Position numbers and translations under genes: made by a program. From the human T2T-CHM13v2.0 reference genome, Homo sapiens: DNA of 64,000 bases. The stretch lies in NCBI RefSeq assembly GCF_009914755.1, contig NC_060934.1, one strand, 5' to 3'. The notes under the pieces were generated by a model that had not been told where the DNA came from, did no database searches, and worked only from the letters and a program-made list of their open reading frames with translations. Of this stretch, positions 43,251 to 58,470 are shown piece by piece. Each line of letters starts with the position of its first letter. Within the stretch, counting starts at the first letter, position 1.

Positions 43251-46200
43251 GTTACATTATATTACATACTCACCCAAGCTTAATATTAAAACATAACAAA
43301 AATAAAAATCACATTAAGACTGCCCACAATTCTGATAGTGATTGTAGTACTCTTGCCATTTTCCTGCCTCTAAGCAATTACGGAAATAGCCATTCATTCT
43401 TTAGGCTAATTGAAGGTGCTCATGTATTATAGAAAAAACAATAGAGCAAGAATGTATTATACATTGCTGGAATTAAGCTTAATACACTTGACTTAATTAG
43501 GACAATTAAATTATATGTTCAGCTCTCGTTTATTTAGGGGATGATTAGTCTATTTTCCTTTCTTTTTTGTGGGTGCACACTGGATCTATGGCCTGTCTTT
43601 AGCTTTCCTCATTACTGGAAATTGAAATCAGTCCACAAACACTTATCTAGTGCTTGACATGTATTTTAAGTGCTAACATTTCAAAAGATAATGCACAGAA
43701 AGCTTATGGAATCATGATGCTGGGGAAGGATGTTGTGAAGTCCTTTCAGAATCCTGTTCATTGTCAGATAAATGGTTGACCCATCTACAATAGGTTTAGT
43801 ATGTTCTCTTTTCCTTAATTATCTTCAAGGACAGAATTGCTGCAATATAAGTTTCTCATTCCAGACTTTCATTCTGATGGTTCAGATGATTCTCTATATC
43901 TAAATATTAAAATTGCTTAAATTTCAGTCTGTTTCCTCATATAAGTTTTCTTTGTGAGTATGTATGTATGCCTCATGACTTCAGAATCAGAAACAATTCT
44001 GAAGTTGAGATACCTTGATAAGTATGTTGACTCTTTTTTTGCATAAATGAGATTTTTAGTTTTGGATAGCTTATTTATGTTTTTGATTCACAACCAAGAA
44101 TAACTATAATGGTTTTAGTTCATATGCAATATGTATTATAATCTGTTGTAATTTAGTATAACGAAAATTGTTTCAAGTGTATTTATAGCAGTCATGACCA
44201 GAAGGGAAATCAGATTTGCCTAATCTAAGGAGAAGCAAAGATCTTCACTCATGTAGCTTCAACCTCAACTAGACTTTTCCATCTCACATTGTTTCATTCC
44301 ATTTGGATAACTAGTGCTTTTGAGCACCCTGTAAGAATTATTTCTATGATGATATCAAAGAAAAGTGACCTCTTTGAATTAGAAGCTTGGTTCTAACTAA
44401 AATATTCTAACAACATGATGGTCTTAGAAACTATGGATACAAAAAGGTTTAGAAAAAAAACCTAATACATATATATGTGTAATGAGAAACCACTAAGCAA
44501 GATACATAGCCAACTAGGAGTAAAACAAACTAAAATAGGGCCGTTTCTCACAGGCTTTATTCAATGTCCAAATAATGATTTTCAAACATCCAGATTAATA
44601 CTGTGAAGAGTTAACACATCATCTAGGGGGCAAGAGTTCAGATCCAGAGAGACTTTATCTATTCAGATTTGAAAGCAATCTTAAACTGACAACTGATAAG
44701 GCAAGGACACACTGCTATTCTTTAATTCAAGAACAAAATTGCATCTCACAGTGGGGTCATCCTTTTCCTTCTTATAGTGGCTTAAGAAAGACATATATAA
44801 ATGACTAACAAGAAGTACAGGTTTAAGGGAGATATCTAAGTTTATAGTCTGTCCCTGGGAATTGGATGGCTTTTCCCCGTAGGTTGCCCCATGGCAGCCT
44901 CATCAATTTCTACTTTCTTACTGGGTGACAGCACCCCCCATCTAAAATGACCCTGCAAGGCAAGTCTGATATAATAGTATGCCTAATCTATTAAGAAAGC
45001 AGATCCACAGATGAACCCCATCTCCCAAAGGAAAATACATCCTTGCTGGTGACAGCACAGCTCCACTACCAGAATATTGAAAGTTCCTTTTGAATCTAGC
45101 AACTGTAGAAGCCATTATGAAAGAATATGTAATGTAAAAGCCACAAACTCCAACCTACAAAATCATGAAGGTATAGTCAAACAGATTACAGAAGGAAGGA
45201 GATAAGAGTTCTTGTCTAGACAAGACCTTTGTTAGAACACCTGGTTCCCTTTAATAGTCAATCAAGTTGTCCTGAATGTTCCAACCAAGATTTCTGGAAC
45301 TAAGCACAGTGATTATAATTAGGTTATTGCCAGCATTCTATTTCTGCCTGCCAGTAATAAATCTCTAAGCTGATTCTACTTATCATGAAAGTCCTTATGG
45401 CACAAAACCAGAGGTTAGTGAAAAACTCATAAGGATAAACAAAGCCGGGAGGTTCTGAGTCTCCCTCTAAACTCAGTTTCTTCCATTATTTATAGGGCCT
45501 TATAAAAGATAAACACAGAAGTAGATATGCTATAATGGATCCCTTAATGCTTAACATCTTCCAAGGGTGGTATGTGTATAGTGGTGCCAAAAACCAGATG
45601 ATTGATTGCTTCTCAAAATGACAAGGTTTAGGACTTATGACTCAGCTCATTCCAGAGCATAAATGGGCATGTGTTACCTGAAGTAAAATTTAAAAGTGCA
45701 TTCAAGTTACCATGATACATCTTTCAATTATTCATGACAATGCCAGGAGCGATAAAAGAGCTAAATAAAACTATAAATAACCCTTTAAACCTCATTTTAG
45801 CCAACTGTTTCAAATCTTCTCTCATACAAACAACTTTAGCAATTTAGTAGAATTCAAATTAAAATGATTTGAATTTTTTTTATATTTCTTCCTTATGAAT
45901 ATGGTGGTAAGAGGACACGATGAAAATTATACCAATCTAGTAATATATTTTTAAAAGTAAATATAAATAGTAAAATGCACAGAAGCAGAATATATAAATT
46001 ACCACATTTGGGTTATCATTTGTTCCCTTAGTAACAGACCTAATAGCCTCTAGTAACTGTTGGTCTTAGAGAAATTAATAGAAACAGTCTAGAACTTAGT
46101 AAGGTGCTTGGAAAACAACTTTCTGATACTCTTGAAAAAGGAGTCTTTGATTTGAAATCTAACATATTTGAAACTGAAACTAAACTGAAGTATTAAAACA

Positions 46201-47020
46201 ATCATGAATAAATGCTAATGAATGTCTTCTGTTTTTTTTAAAAGAAATAGATATCACATTAATCAATGAAGACCATCAGTAAACTCATCAAAATGCATTT
46301 CTAAAGTTAGTAGCAAACTGTAATATATAAAAACCTCCAAACTGAGCTGTTTCTAAATTTGGTGTGTCTCTGGCAAAAGCATGCTGTATATTCAGCCTAC
46401 CTGCATTTTCCCTATTTGTTTTACCCTCTTTGCCACCTAAATAATAACATATAAGTTCATCTACTTTCTATGCAAATGGAGTCAGTGTAAAACACATCTC
46501 AGAGGTAGCCACAGAATGAAAAAGAAGAAAAAAAGACACAACTCCTTAAGGGAGTATAAAACTAAAGGAATGGCCTCATGACTACCTTAATACTTTAAAG
46601 GAAGAAAGGAAGTTGATTAGGTGAGATTAGGGGTCACTGGGTGTACGCAGAAAGCTTTTATTATTCTTAGCTTTCTTAGGTGAACCACACATTTATACTT
46701 GGAAATCATTTGTAAATATGTAATCACTTCTAATTTTGCTACAAGACGGGTGAGTGGCCTAGTAAATTAGCTTAACCAATTTCACATATCAGACCAGTAA
46801 CTCACTAGACTCTTAGAAAATTGGGATACTTCTAAATGTCTCTGAAAGAGCCCTCATTAAAGTATCCAGTGTGTCCTGCCTCCTTGAATTAGCCATTCCT
46901 CGTTCACATAACAGGTGTGAGAAAGGATACCAAATTATGACTCCGGGTAACAAAGTACAGACACTGTGTTTTGTTTATCATTTATGTCTTTCTGTTTACT
47001 TAAAAAATGCAGTGCTTTTT

Positions 47021-47325
47021 GGACGGGGTGCGATAGCTCACGCCTGTAATCCCAACACTTTGGGAGGCCAAGGTGGGCGGATCACGAGATCAGGAGATCG
47101 AGACCGTCTTGGCCAACATGGTGAAAACCCATCTCTACTGAAATACAAAAAGAAAAAAAAAAATTGCCTGGCATGGTGGCATGTGCCTGTAATCCCAGCT
47201 ACTTGGGAGGCTGGGAGGCTGAAGCAGGGGAATTGCTTGAACCTGGGAGGCAGAGTTTGCCGTGAGCCAAGATGACACCACTGCTCTCCAGCCTGGCTGA
47301 GCGAGACTCCATCTCAAAAAAAAAA
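47021..47325 (+). mobile_element. Alu (AluSc-like) with a short internal duplication (gggaggctgggaggctg)
   Basis: ggatcacgagatcaggagatcgagacc. The TSD gcagtgcttttt is at 47009-47020 and 47326-47337. Confidence 0.95.
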
Positions 47326-47641
47326 GCAGTGCTTTTTGGATCATTCTCATCTATCATATGACATCACATCCCTTACTTTTTTGACTGTTGTGAGTATATT
47401 GAATTTCCAGTGTTTAACTTAGCCTGGAAAAGATGTTTTATGTCAAAACTGCTATTTCTCAAATACAATCTGGCTAAGTGATTTTTAGCTATTCCAATTA
47501 ATGTGAAATACAACCTTTTGTTACCAGCACTGATTATTCATATATACAAATAATTTATATACATATATGTATAATTTATACCTACCTTATCAAAAAAATA
47601 AGTTAAACATGAGAAAATTAGGCAAATATAAGATAAGATCA

Positions 47642-48197
<556 letters not shown>

Positions 48198-48894
48198 TTA
48201 TCTTTACAAATTAGTTCCGATGTAATGGGTCCATAGATTTCCTTTAAGAAACCACTGAGCTAAAACAATAGTCCTGATGTTCCTCCTTCTTTAAAAAAAA
48301 ACTCCAAAACTGTCTGGTAGAATTCTTAGTAGTGGTTTTACTCGCATGGCCCATAGGTTTCTTTCTACTGAAAATGTTTAATTATTAAACCCAAAGAGTC
48401 AGAGAAATAGACTTGTACAAATCATTTATTTATGAAAGTTCTTTAGGCTTTATTCCTTTTGCTTTTAGATCTATTAGTATAATTGACACTAGATCTATAG
48501 GTCAAGAAAATTTTACAAAGCATTGCAAAATTGTTACATATTATTCTTTGGAGTCTCTACCACTAGGCTGTGAGGGCTGAAGAAACATCAAATGTTGGCC
48601 AGACATAGACAAATGGAGAAAAGTACAAAGCCATTGCATTAATCTAGGAAGATTGGTATGATTTTCTGAGCTTCTATTTTCTTCTTTGGATGTGATCTAA
48701 AAGGTTCTCTCCTCAACCCCCCATAGAGAGGGAATCTGAAAACAAATTCTTTCTCCACTGGGCAAGGGGAAATTAAAAACCTCTATTACCCTATATTGTT
48801 CTTGGTTAGTTTCTGTAGTAGATGATGGAATATTATGCTTCAATGTCATCTAATAAATCATACCTCCATATAAATTATAAAGAAATTATGCCAG

Positions 48895-49095
48895 TGATAA
48901 GAGCAAGCATTTATTAAGCATTTGCTATGTGCAGGGCACTGTGTTAAGAATTTTACCTGCTTTATCTCACTTAATTTTGACAATCATCCAATGAAATAGG
49001 TGCTTTTATTGTATCTATTTCACTGAGGCAAAGAGAAGTTAAGCAATTTGCCCAAGGTCATAAGGCCAGTAAGGAACAGAAAAGAGAACCAGAAC
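48895..49095 (-). mobile_element. MIR SINE
   Basis: catttattaagcatttgctatgtgcagggcactgtgttaag...aagttaagcaatttgcccaaggtca. Confidence 0.8.
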
Positions 49096-50730
49096 TAAAC
49101 TTTTGGTCTATCTTTAGATGATTTATAAATTTTTTAACCTCTGTGTGGTATTCTGTCCTGTCTCTCATTCTTGAGTGGTAGATGAAATTTCTAGGGGCAT
49201 AGGTTTGCCACTGAAAAAAAGGAAGGAAAATGCCATGGGAACTATCTGAAGCTTATGAAAAGATGAATTTACCGGACTGATTTTGATGGGGAAGAATTTT
49301 CTTTCCTACAGTCAAGAAGTGAACCATGAGAAAGCTAGAATATTTGGCCGTACCTGTGTAAGCAAGTCTTTTTAAACCTTTTGAGTTGTTGAATTTGTTC
49401 ATTCCTGACTAATTTCTTTACATACAGAGGGGCATGCATACACCAGTCAAAAATAATGAGGAGATTTTTATGGACTTTTATTCTAATTACTGCAGAATTC
49501 TCTCTTCATTGATACCATTTATGTGAAATGGTTTTCAGGGTAGGATAATGTCCTCTGAAGGGTGAATCACGTACCACTAGTATATGGATTAAACTTAAAA
49601 TTTAAAATATATATATTTAAGATTTTATCTCCATAGTATTTGAAAATAATTAATCAGCACATTAAACCTCAGTTGTTACAAAGATTATTGCCTAGATAAA
49701 ACCAGGTTGATTTTAAAAGGGAAGGAGTGAATTTAATGTCAATACTCTAAAAGGTTAAATATTGCAGGTAGCACACAAATAAAGGAACAATTATGAAATC
49801 AAAGTATAAAGGCCTGAAGTTTGGCAAACACTGGAGGAACATAGTTCCTTTCAAACACAAGCTAACTCTCTTGCCAGGCATTAAGCTTCTCTTCTGTAGA
49901 CTGTGGATAAATAACTTGGAGAAAAATAGGAGAGGAGAAGTCAGTCAAGAATGGATTGTGTTGCCTTTTTATTTCTATCTTGATTGTGTTAGGCCATGAA
50001 ATTCTTAGTCTACATAGGTATGACTTTCAAAAATATGTATTTTTTTCATTTATCTCATGAATAACATTTGTTTTACTTGCAGGTAACAATATATACCCAG
50101 TATGTGGTGTTGCCTTAGCTTTTACTTCCTTTAGCATTTCATTTTCCAAGTCCTTTATCAAACATAAACTGTCATAACACAGCTTTCTTTTCCCTCAACC
50201 CTTGTAGTTTGTTTTTTCCTACAGTTAACATTGCAGAGCTAGGAAGCAGATAAGACAGTCTTGGCCAAGTCAGGCAAGATGTTTTAAATAAAAAGATACC
50301 ACGAGCAGAATTAAATAATGGCAAAGGGTCAAAGTAATTCCCCTCTTCATAATAGCTGCCTTACTAATGAGAATTTTCAAGTATGAAGTGTGCTGTAGAA
50401 AATGTACCACTTACTCAAGTTTTCTTTCAGATTCAAAATTACGTTAAAATTGGAATTACTGTGGTTTACTAATAACAGATTTGGAATAATATTATGTTTG
50501 CCTGTTTGTCTCTATATTTTCTTGTTGTTTCTTTGGATCTCATATCAAATCTTTTCAGTAGTAAATTTAAGAAAATATGTACTTTTCTTAACTTCCATAT
50601 TTTGTTTTATTTCTTGCGCTGCCTCGTGGTGACTTTGTTTTAATTGGTAACTGCATTTTTACAAATGAGCCTAACACTCCTCTTCACATTAAAAATGCAA
50701 CAAATGAAGCATGAGAAATAATTTATATAA

Positions 50731-50952
<222 letters not shown>

Positions 50953-53900
50953 TAATCTTTATACTTTTATTTCTTTGTATTTTAATTTTTGCCCTGCAAT
51001 ATAGCTGATGTATTTGTTTTCCTACTAAAGGTGATTGTTAACAATCAGTTTTGTATAATTACATTTTCTTGCTGACTTCTGAAAATTATCCTTTAATCAA
51101 TAACTTCTCATAATTAGGATTTTTTAAATCATATAATTTTATACATTTGAATCAAATAAGAGCAAGTCCTTTTCTCTCTTTATAGTCTCAGGATCATATT
51201 TAAGAAATTTTTACATGTCTGTCTATTTTGGGTTATATTCTTCACATAAATTCCACTTGTTTACTCAGTGGTTTAGAAAAATTAAGAGAAGAAATGTCCT
51301 TCATCTCATTCAAACATCATTGAGTAAGATATCTCCTGAATTCTAAAACTGCATCTGAGTATATTTTTGCCCTCAGCTGCTCATCAAGCTGTATATTATA
51401 GCATTTATCTTTTCTACTGATTGAGCTTATTTTAAATCAGGGCAATAAAGCAGCTTGTTTCCCTAATTTTACATGTATGTGTATATATGATTTCTCTAGC
51501 AACTTTTATTGCTTGGCAGAAGCAGCTGCAATAGTTAGAAGGAAAAAGATTTTTTTAAAAAAAATCTGCTTCCTGAATAAGTATATAATGACTGTATAAC
51601 AAACAGAGCTGAATTCAAAAGTCAACAATGTAAGGTTCATTGCATCTTTAGGCAAACGTGTGTATTTCATGTTTGAAAAGTCCTTCTGACACATTTTCCT
51701 GTGGTTGATTTCAGTCACAGATTACTTTGATTAGGTTTTGTCATTTAAAAAAAATGCTATTGGCAAAATGACAAGTACATTGTGAATTTCAATTAGTTTT
51801 ATCTGGATCTCGTTGACTACTTTTTGTATTAGTTTTTTCCTTCAGAAGTACAGCATATAACTGAAAATACAACAATGAAATTGGATTTAAAAAAAACATA
51901 AGAATGCACGGCCAACTGGAGTCCCAGAAATTGTCTTATACATCTTATTAGTGAAATCACCTTTTTATTCATTGGATTCACTGTAACACCAATTGCAAAT
52001 GGGCCCCTTTTAGGATGAGTCTTCCTTGGCAGTTGATTCTTGATCTCTGAAAGCATAGGACTCTTTTGATTGATAGATGCTGCCATGTTTTTACTTCAAG
52101 TGATCATTCAATTACATAGCTCAAAGAATGAGACTCAGTGAACCATAATAGAATCTGCCACAACTTTTAACTTACTTAAAAAGAACCTTAACTATAGAAA
52201 GAATAGTCATGGCTCCATTAAGTGAAACAATTTTTACAATCATGCTTCATTTTCATGAGAAATATATTCCTTTTAAGATAAAAAAGACCAGAATAGCATA
52301 TTTTGATGATATCTCAGTATTATAAGTATTTTTTTGTTTTGAAGTATTTAAAATTTTTAAATATTTCAGGCTTGTACACTGCTTGATACTTTAATCTAAT
52401 TGAAACTACAAAATTTCCAAAAGCCAACAGTTGGTAATAACATGGTAGTTAATCTTATGAAACATGGAATTTTTATTAAAGAAATATTTTAAGTAGTTTA
52501 TTTACATGAATTTTACAGCAAAGATTTTTAATGAAATGATTTGTTTGCTTCATAAACATCAGTTTTCTTATTAGAGTTCTATATAATGATGTTCGTCTGC
52601 ACTAACATCTATTGTACTCTGATTTGGCAAATTTAAATAGACACTGTGAATCTAATTCAACAAGAAGAAACTAGATGTTGAATGCAAATTATAAGCCTAA
52701 CTCTTTTGGGGTCAGAACATCCATCTTCAAAGAAAATGAGTAATGGGACATGTTCTTCTTTAACACAGACTCAGAGAAAGCTCAAGAATGCATCCGTGCA
52801 TGTGTGTGTGTTTGTTTCTTCACAGTGCCTACTTAAGATATAAAAGTTGTGTTGACAAAAGAGCCTAGAGTTGGTGATGTGCAAATATATATCTGCATTT
52901 ATAGGTACAGAGGTTTTGTGCATGAATCAGAAACAATATCTGTGCGCAACTGTTTCTTCCAAATGTTTCATAAGCACTATGAAGCATGAATAATGTTTGT
53001 TTATTGTTTCAGGACTTTTTTGTCCTGCCACCTCTGCTATCTAGGGAGATTGTACTTGTGACTGTAGGCCTCAAGCACCATTTTTTTCTATATATTTAAA
53101 TTAAACCTTCAGGCTGGATATGTTATGATTCTAATTAGATCACATTGTGGATGCTACTTTTACAAAATGACTATGTAATATAACTCCCAATGCTGTCTTA
53201 TTCTTTACATGTGATAAAAACATGTCTTCAAATTTATTTGGTTTTTAAGGTTCATTTATTTCTTAGTATTCAAGATTATATCAACTTGTCCATATTTTCC
53301 TGTCGTCATGTCATTTGGAGTATCAAATGACAAGAGTATTGACCATTTGAAGTATCATTCAAAATGGATTCATCCACTTGGGCGTAATAGTCTAATTCTG
53401 AGGGGAATATTTTTCTACACAATAGCTGACCTATCCATGCTTCTTCTTTCTTACATACCTTGGCTTTTGACCTCCTTAACCCTAACATCACCCACTTTCC
53501 TTCATGATTGAAAATGTTGATGATCCTTTCTCTTTTCTATTTTCCTTGATTAGCCTGAAAGTTATCTGGCATCTTAATGCATTTTTATTTTCACAGTGGT
53601 AACTAAATCCTAGGTAGCATTCAATAGTTTTTCAATGTACATTACTTGTTTCCTGTTTAGGAGAGCAGTTTTTACAATTGTATCAGGCTGTTAATAAATA
53701 CATTTCAGTGACTTCGTCAGCTAATGAATATGATCAGTACACCTGTGGATTTTTTCTAAGATTAGGTTATCAAGAAGTAGTTTTCTTACTAAAGCTCTAG
53801 ATTGACATATGCTATAAAATATGATTATGAGCTTGTTCATAGTGATCCAACAGAAGGAAGCACCATGGTAGTTTGAAGCAAGCTCTTTGGTTTTCATCTG

Positions 53901-56900
53901 GGAAAAAATAAATTGGCATTCTTCTGAAAATAAATAACATTTATTTTCAGTGGTTACCACGATAGCACTAGGAGGAAGATCTGATAGCACCAGGAATAAT
54001 ATTTTTAAAAAATCAAAACCACAGTGATATAGAAAGAAAAAAATCGTGGTATGATTCAGATCTATATTCATAGTCTGCTCCTGTCTTATAAAATAACTAT
54101 TGATTTTTCCCTGAGGAATGAAGAAATAAAAATATATAAAATTAACATTATATTGGAAACAAAAATTTAACAACAGTCTTGAGTTTGTTCATGGCTTAAA
54201 TAGCCTCAAATTTTCTTTATTAACTGTGATCTGAAAATGACCACTTTGTATCTTTCCAATCACAAACATTCCCAATGGCATGGGGATGGGGAAAGAATCG
54301 CTTGTTATAGTTGGTTTCCACAGTACCAATTAATGTTTTCAGTATTGTTTGATTTTTTTAATATTTTATCTAAATATTTTGAAATTGTATAGTGAAAGGA
54401 GTTTTGCCATCCGTTTTCAACCCCACAGGGGCAAGAATGTCTCACATGTTGTTTGAATACCCCTTACTTACTCAGTTCCCACACCTGGAAGCAGATCATT
54501 ATCACGTTTTCCTAAAGTGTCACTCCCGGGTGTGATTTCACTTTTACTACCCTCACAGCTATAGCAATATCAATTTGCACTTACCCTGGGCCTTGCTTCT
54601 GTGCCCAAAGTTCTTCAAAATAACAAAAATGGAGAAGTTGAAGTTACTGGAAACTTAAAAGGAAAAGGCGTTTCATTTACAATGAGAGGGATTCAGTGAC
54701 ACATGTTGAACTCAGAGTATTTTTGCCTGTAAACATTAAATTGAAGCCCTACTTCTCTTACTTTGAGTTTCAGCTCTCAGTGCCTCCAGACCTTTGGTCA
54801 TGTACTATTCAAATGGTCTCATTCAACTAAACTCCAATGAAACCCAATAAAAAGCACTTTTCAGGAAAACATCTTGGTGCCTGGTCAATATAATCACCAC
54901 AGAAAGTTATCTACAAAGAACGTCTATGGTGGGTGTGGTAGATATTTTATGACATTATTTGGGCAAAATATCTGACTAATTATTTCTCCTTAAATTGTTA
55001 ATAACAAGTATTTAATTTTTTTCTTTATTAAAATACTTCATTATTAATGCCAAAGAGCCTAAAAAGCCTACAAGAAATCTGACAAATTGATGACTTTAAT
55101 AATGTTGGGTAAAAAACTATTTTTCTGCCTTGGTTTGAATCTTTTTAAGTTTACATACTTAAACTTTCCTAGGATATTAGTAAAGGGGAAGTTGACTAAT
55201 TAAGATATTTTACTAAGTGTCATAGATGTTTTAAGAGCAAAGTTTAAAGGTCTGGAGTTTTGTGTTTATTTTTGTTTTTAAAATAAATTTGAGTCTATGT
55301 AGTGAAATGGCTTTACATTCCCTTGCAGCTGTTTTAAGCATTACATTATTCAAACTGTATCAGAAAAATCTGCTGACTGTCGAAAACCTAAATGATGAAT
55401 GAGAATTAAGTAATAGGAGATTCAACTGAATTTTTTGCTGTAAATACTTTTACATGCTATAAAAATAATGCCTATACCTAATACATATGATCTATATCTC
55501 ATTCATCCACACTATGCTTTTTATTGGTAAAGGAACAAAAGACAAGAATGCCAATTTTTACTGTTAATGAAAAGGAGTCATTGATGAAGTTCTTATAATA
55601 GCTGCAAACCTGGGAAATTTCTTAAGATGCCTAAACCAAGAAGTAAGCAATCAGATACTTTTTTAGAAAATATCATTGTAGAGCACCATGAAGTATTAGA
55701 TTTATGATAAAGACACATCCACATGTGAAAATGAAGCAACACTGTCCATCAGCACAAACAATTGCTAGAATACCATTATTCCTGGGTTTTCATGAGCACA
55801 AGTACCCAGGTACTGTCATGCTTGCTGTGCTATAGCAAAAGAGCAGAAGAGATAACTGGGCTAATGAGACAGTCTCTGTTCTGCCTTTGAGAGGTAAGTT
55901 GAAGAGAAGCATGTTTGTTTTCTCCCAGTTTAATACATGATTTTTACCAAGAATCCTGAAAGAAGGGGAGAAGACACAAATTAAGTTTGGGCCAATGATG
56001 AGTGGAAACATGACCCTGGTTGTGGAAGGGATAGTTAAGTGACTTCCCACAAATGTTATCATCGCAGACAATGAAGCAAACATAGTATATTTTGGCAGCA
56101 TCTTGGGGAAGTTGTTACACTTGTGTAGTGAGTTAATTAGACAATATTCTTCTTAGTAAAATTTTCATTGCATTTGTCTATTAAAGAATATTGTGAAATT
56201 AGTAACATAAATCCAATTATGTAATCCCTGAGAAATAAATTAATTTCTTTAATAAAGGAATCAATTCACTAGGTATCAATGATGCTACATAACAGACTAA
56301 CATGAACAAATGTACATACAAAAGCCATGTTTTAATCTCATTTTTTTTGTTGTTTAAGTAGACGAAAAATGAATTTCGGAGAAGAGGCAAACTATTATGG
56401 AACTATATTTTTTTCTACAGGTTGAGAAGATTTTTTTCCTTAGGCTTGAGGGAAACTGTTACAATCAAAGTGTATTTATGATTTATATATAACTACTTTC
56501 CCAAAAATTCATGTCCAATTTCTATATTGACCAGGCCTGGTAGATAGTCATACATTAGCGGTGCTTCTGAGGCAAAAGCTACCTTCCATAGTCAAAGAAA
56601 GGCAATAAACTTAATTCCTTCTGAAGGCTTGATAAATTATTCTCCCTCTCCTTTTAATTACTAAAACATTGAATACTTTGAATATTCTCTATTTCTAAAG
56701 AAGAGTCAGACTTTAGCTGATAGAGTGTTATGTTTTAAAGATCACAGGTAATTTATGAGGAAATCTAAACAATAGGCAAGAAACACTGATTTTTTTTTTT
56801 TTTTAGCTGTTTTTGTTAGTTAATCCTGCAGAAGCAGCAGTTTTCCCACAAAAATCTGCACCATAAGAAGCTCCCACACATGTAAAGCTTGAGTCAGTTT

Positions 56901-57104
56901 TTGGTGTAATGAATCTTCATTCATTCATTTAACAATTTGCTTAGAGGCATTTTTAGTATTTATTCAACTGATTTGAGGAATAAAAAGTAAACTAGTAACA
57001 TAGGCCAATACTGTATTTTCTGTAATCATTTTTCTTAAAGGAAACCTTCCTGCCTATAGGTCAGGGTCAGGATGAATTCCTAATGAATGTTTCCACAGTA
57101 ACAA

Positions 57105-57265
57105 TAAGTAATAAAAGCAGATAACATTTGAAGACTGTGAACAACACATGAGGCTCAGAGCTTTAGGGATGGGTGTTGTTGTTACCCCCATTTTATTGCA
57201 AAAGCAACTAAGACCTAAAGCAGTTAAACAATTAGGCCCATGTTCATAACTAGTGAGAAGGAGGA
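57105..57265 (-). mobile_element. MIR SINE
   Basis: cccccattttattgcaaaagcaactaagacctaaagcagttaaacaatt. Confidence 0.6.
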
Positions 57266-57949
57266 CCATAAGTCTGACACTACTTTGCTATATTGCTCTA
57301 CTATCACAAGCTTTTAAATTTTGTCTGCAATGTTTCATTTTGCTTTTAAGCACCAGTGTATCTGTAAGACTACTTCTATTGGTCTGAGGACTCCGCTTTC
57401 ACAAAAACTTATACAGCATGTTATGGTTTCAAAAATTTTTAAATATTAGCACATGGACCCATGTTAAGTACATCTGTTGTAAAAAGATGAATTCTGTAAC
57501 ATAATGATGAGAAGGTCATAAGTTTAATGCCTTAGAGACATACAATGGGCAATCAGAACCTATTGCAGGATCTACTTTTTGTAATGCATTGAAACCCTTA
57601 TGGATGTTTCATGAGATGAAACTTCATGGTTCAGTGTTTGAGACATTACTAAGTAGCTACATTTTTTTACATAAAATATGTTAGTTAATAAATTTCTTCA
57701 AAGGAGGAATTAGGAAAATTTAAACAGCAGCTAAAGACAATGAATGAAGACTGGGAAAAAATTATTATGTTTTGTTATATAACAAAATAAAAGGATAAGG
57801 TGAGTCATGACAAGTGTGTTTGCCTTCATTTTCCCCTTCAATTTCCTCTGACTACTGAGGAAATGTAACCTTAGCACTTCGTTGGTGAATCTGAAAAGAC
57901 TGCTCTGCTTATGAGATGTTCTTTGTTGACTAAATTTCTAAGTCATCAT

Positions 57950-58160
57950 GATAATAATGCTTTATAATTTACAAACTGTCATCCCATGCAGTCATCCCAT
58001 GCATTATGTAATGTAATCTTCAAAATACCTCAATCTAGTAGATGAAAGAGGTTGTCCCTGATTTTCCAGTTGAGAAAATGCAGGCCAGGATCATGAAGTG
58101 CATTAGTGTAGTTCATTAACAGAGTCTCTGATGCAAATTTAGGTAGCAGTAATTTAAAGC
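57950..58160 (-). mobile_element. MIR SINE
   Basis: ataatgctttataatttacaaac...tgattttccagttgagaaaatg. Confidence 0.55.
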
Positions 58161-58297
58161 CCTTGCTATAAGCACCTCTCCTTTACTCCTTCTGCTCCCT
58201 ACCCCTATGTGTGGACTCCTGAATAAGGCTCTTAATATGCCTACTACCCATACCTAATGTATGAACTCTTGGTAAGGGAACTTCAAATGTTTACTCT

Positions 58298-58470
58298 AAT
58301 GTCTCTCAAAGTGTGGTCCCTGGAACAGCAGCATCAGCATCACCTAGGCCCTCATTAGAAATGCAAAATCTGTGGCCCCTGCTCTACTGAAAGGAAATTT
58401 TGGGGGTGGGTCACAGCTATCCGTGTGTAACAAGGCCTTCCAGGTAATGCCCCTATAGTTTGAGGACTGA
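58298..58470 (+). mobile_element. MER5A DNA transposon
   Basis: tctcaaagtgtggtccctggaacagcagcatcagcatcacctagg...gaaatgcaaaatct...ggggtggg...aacaaggccttccaggtaat. Confidence 0.85.

Noticed and set aside
57978-58003. Short direct repeat gtcatcccatgca x2 (similar ones near 14675 and 41411)
   Set aside because: These are two-copy slippage duplications with no array or spacer structure.
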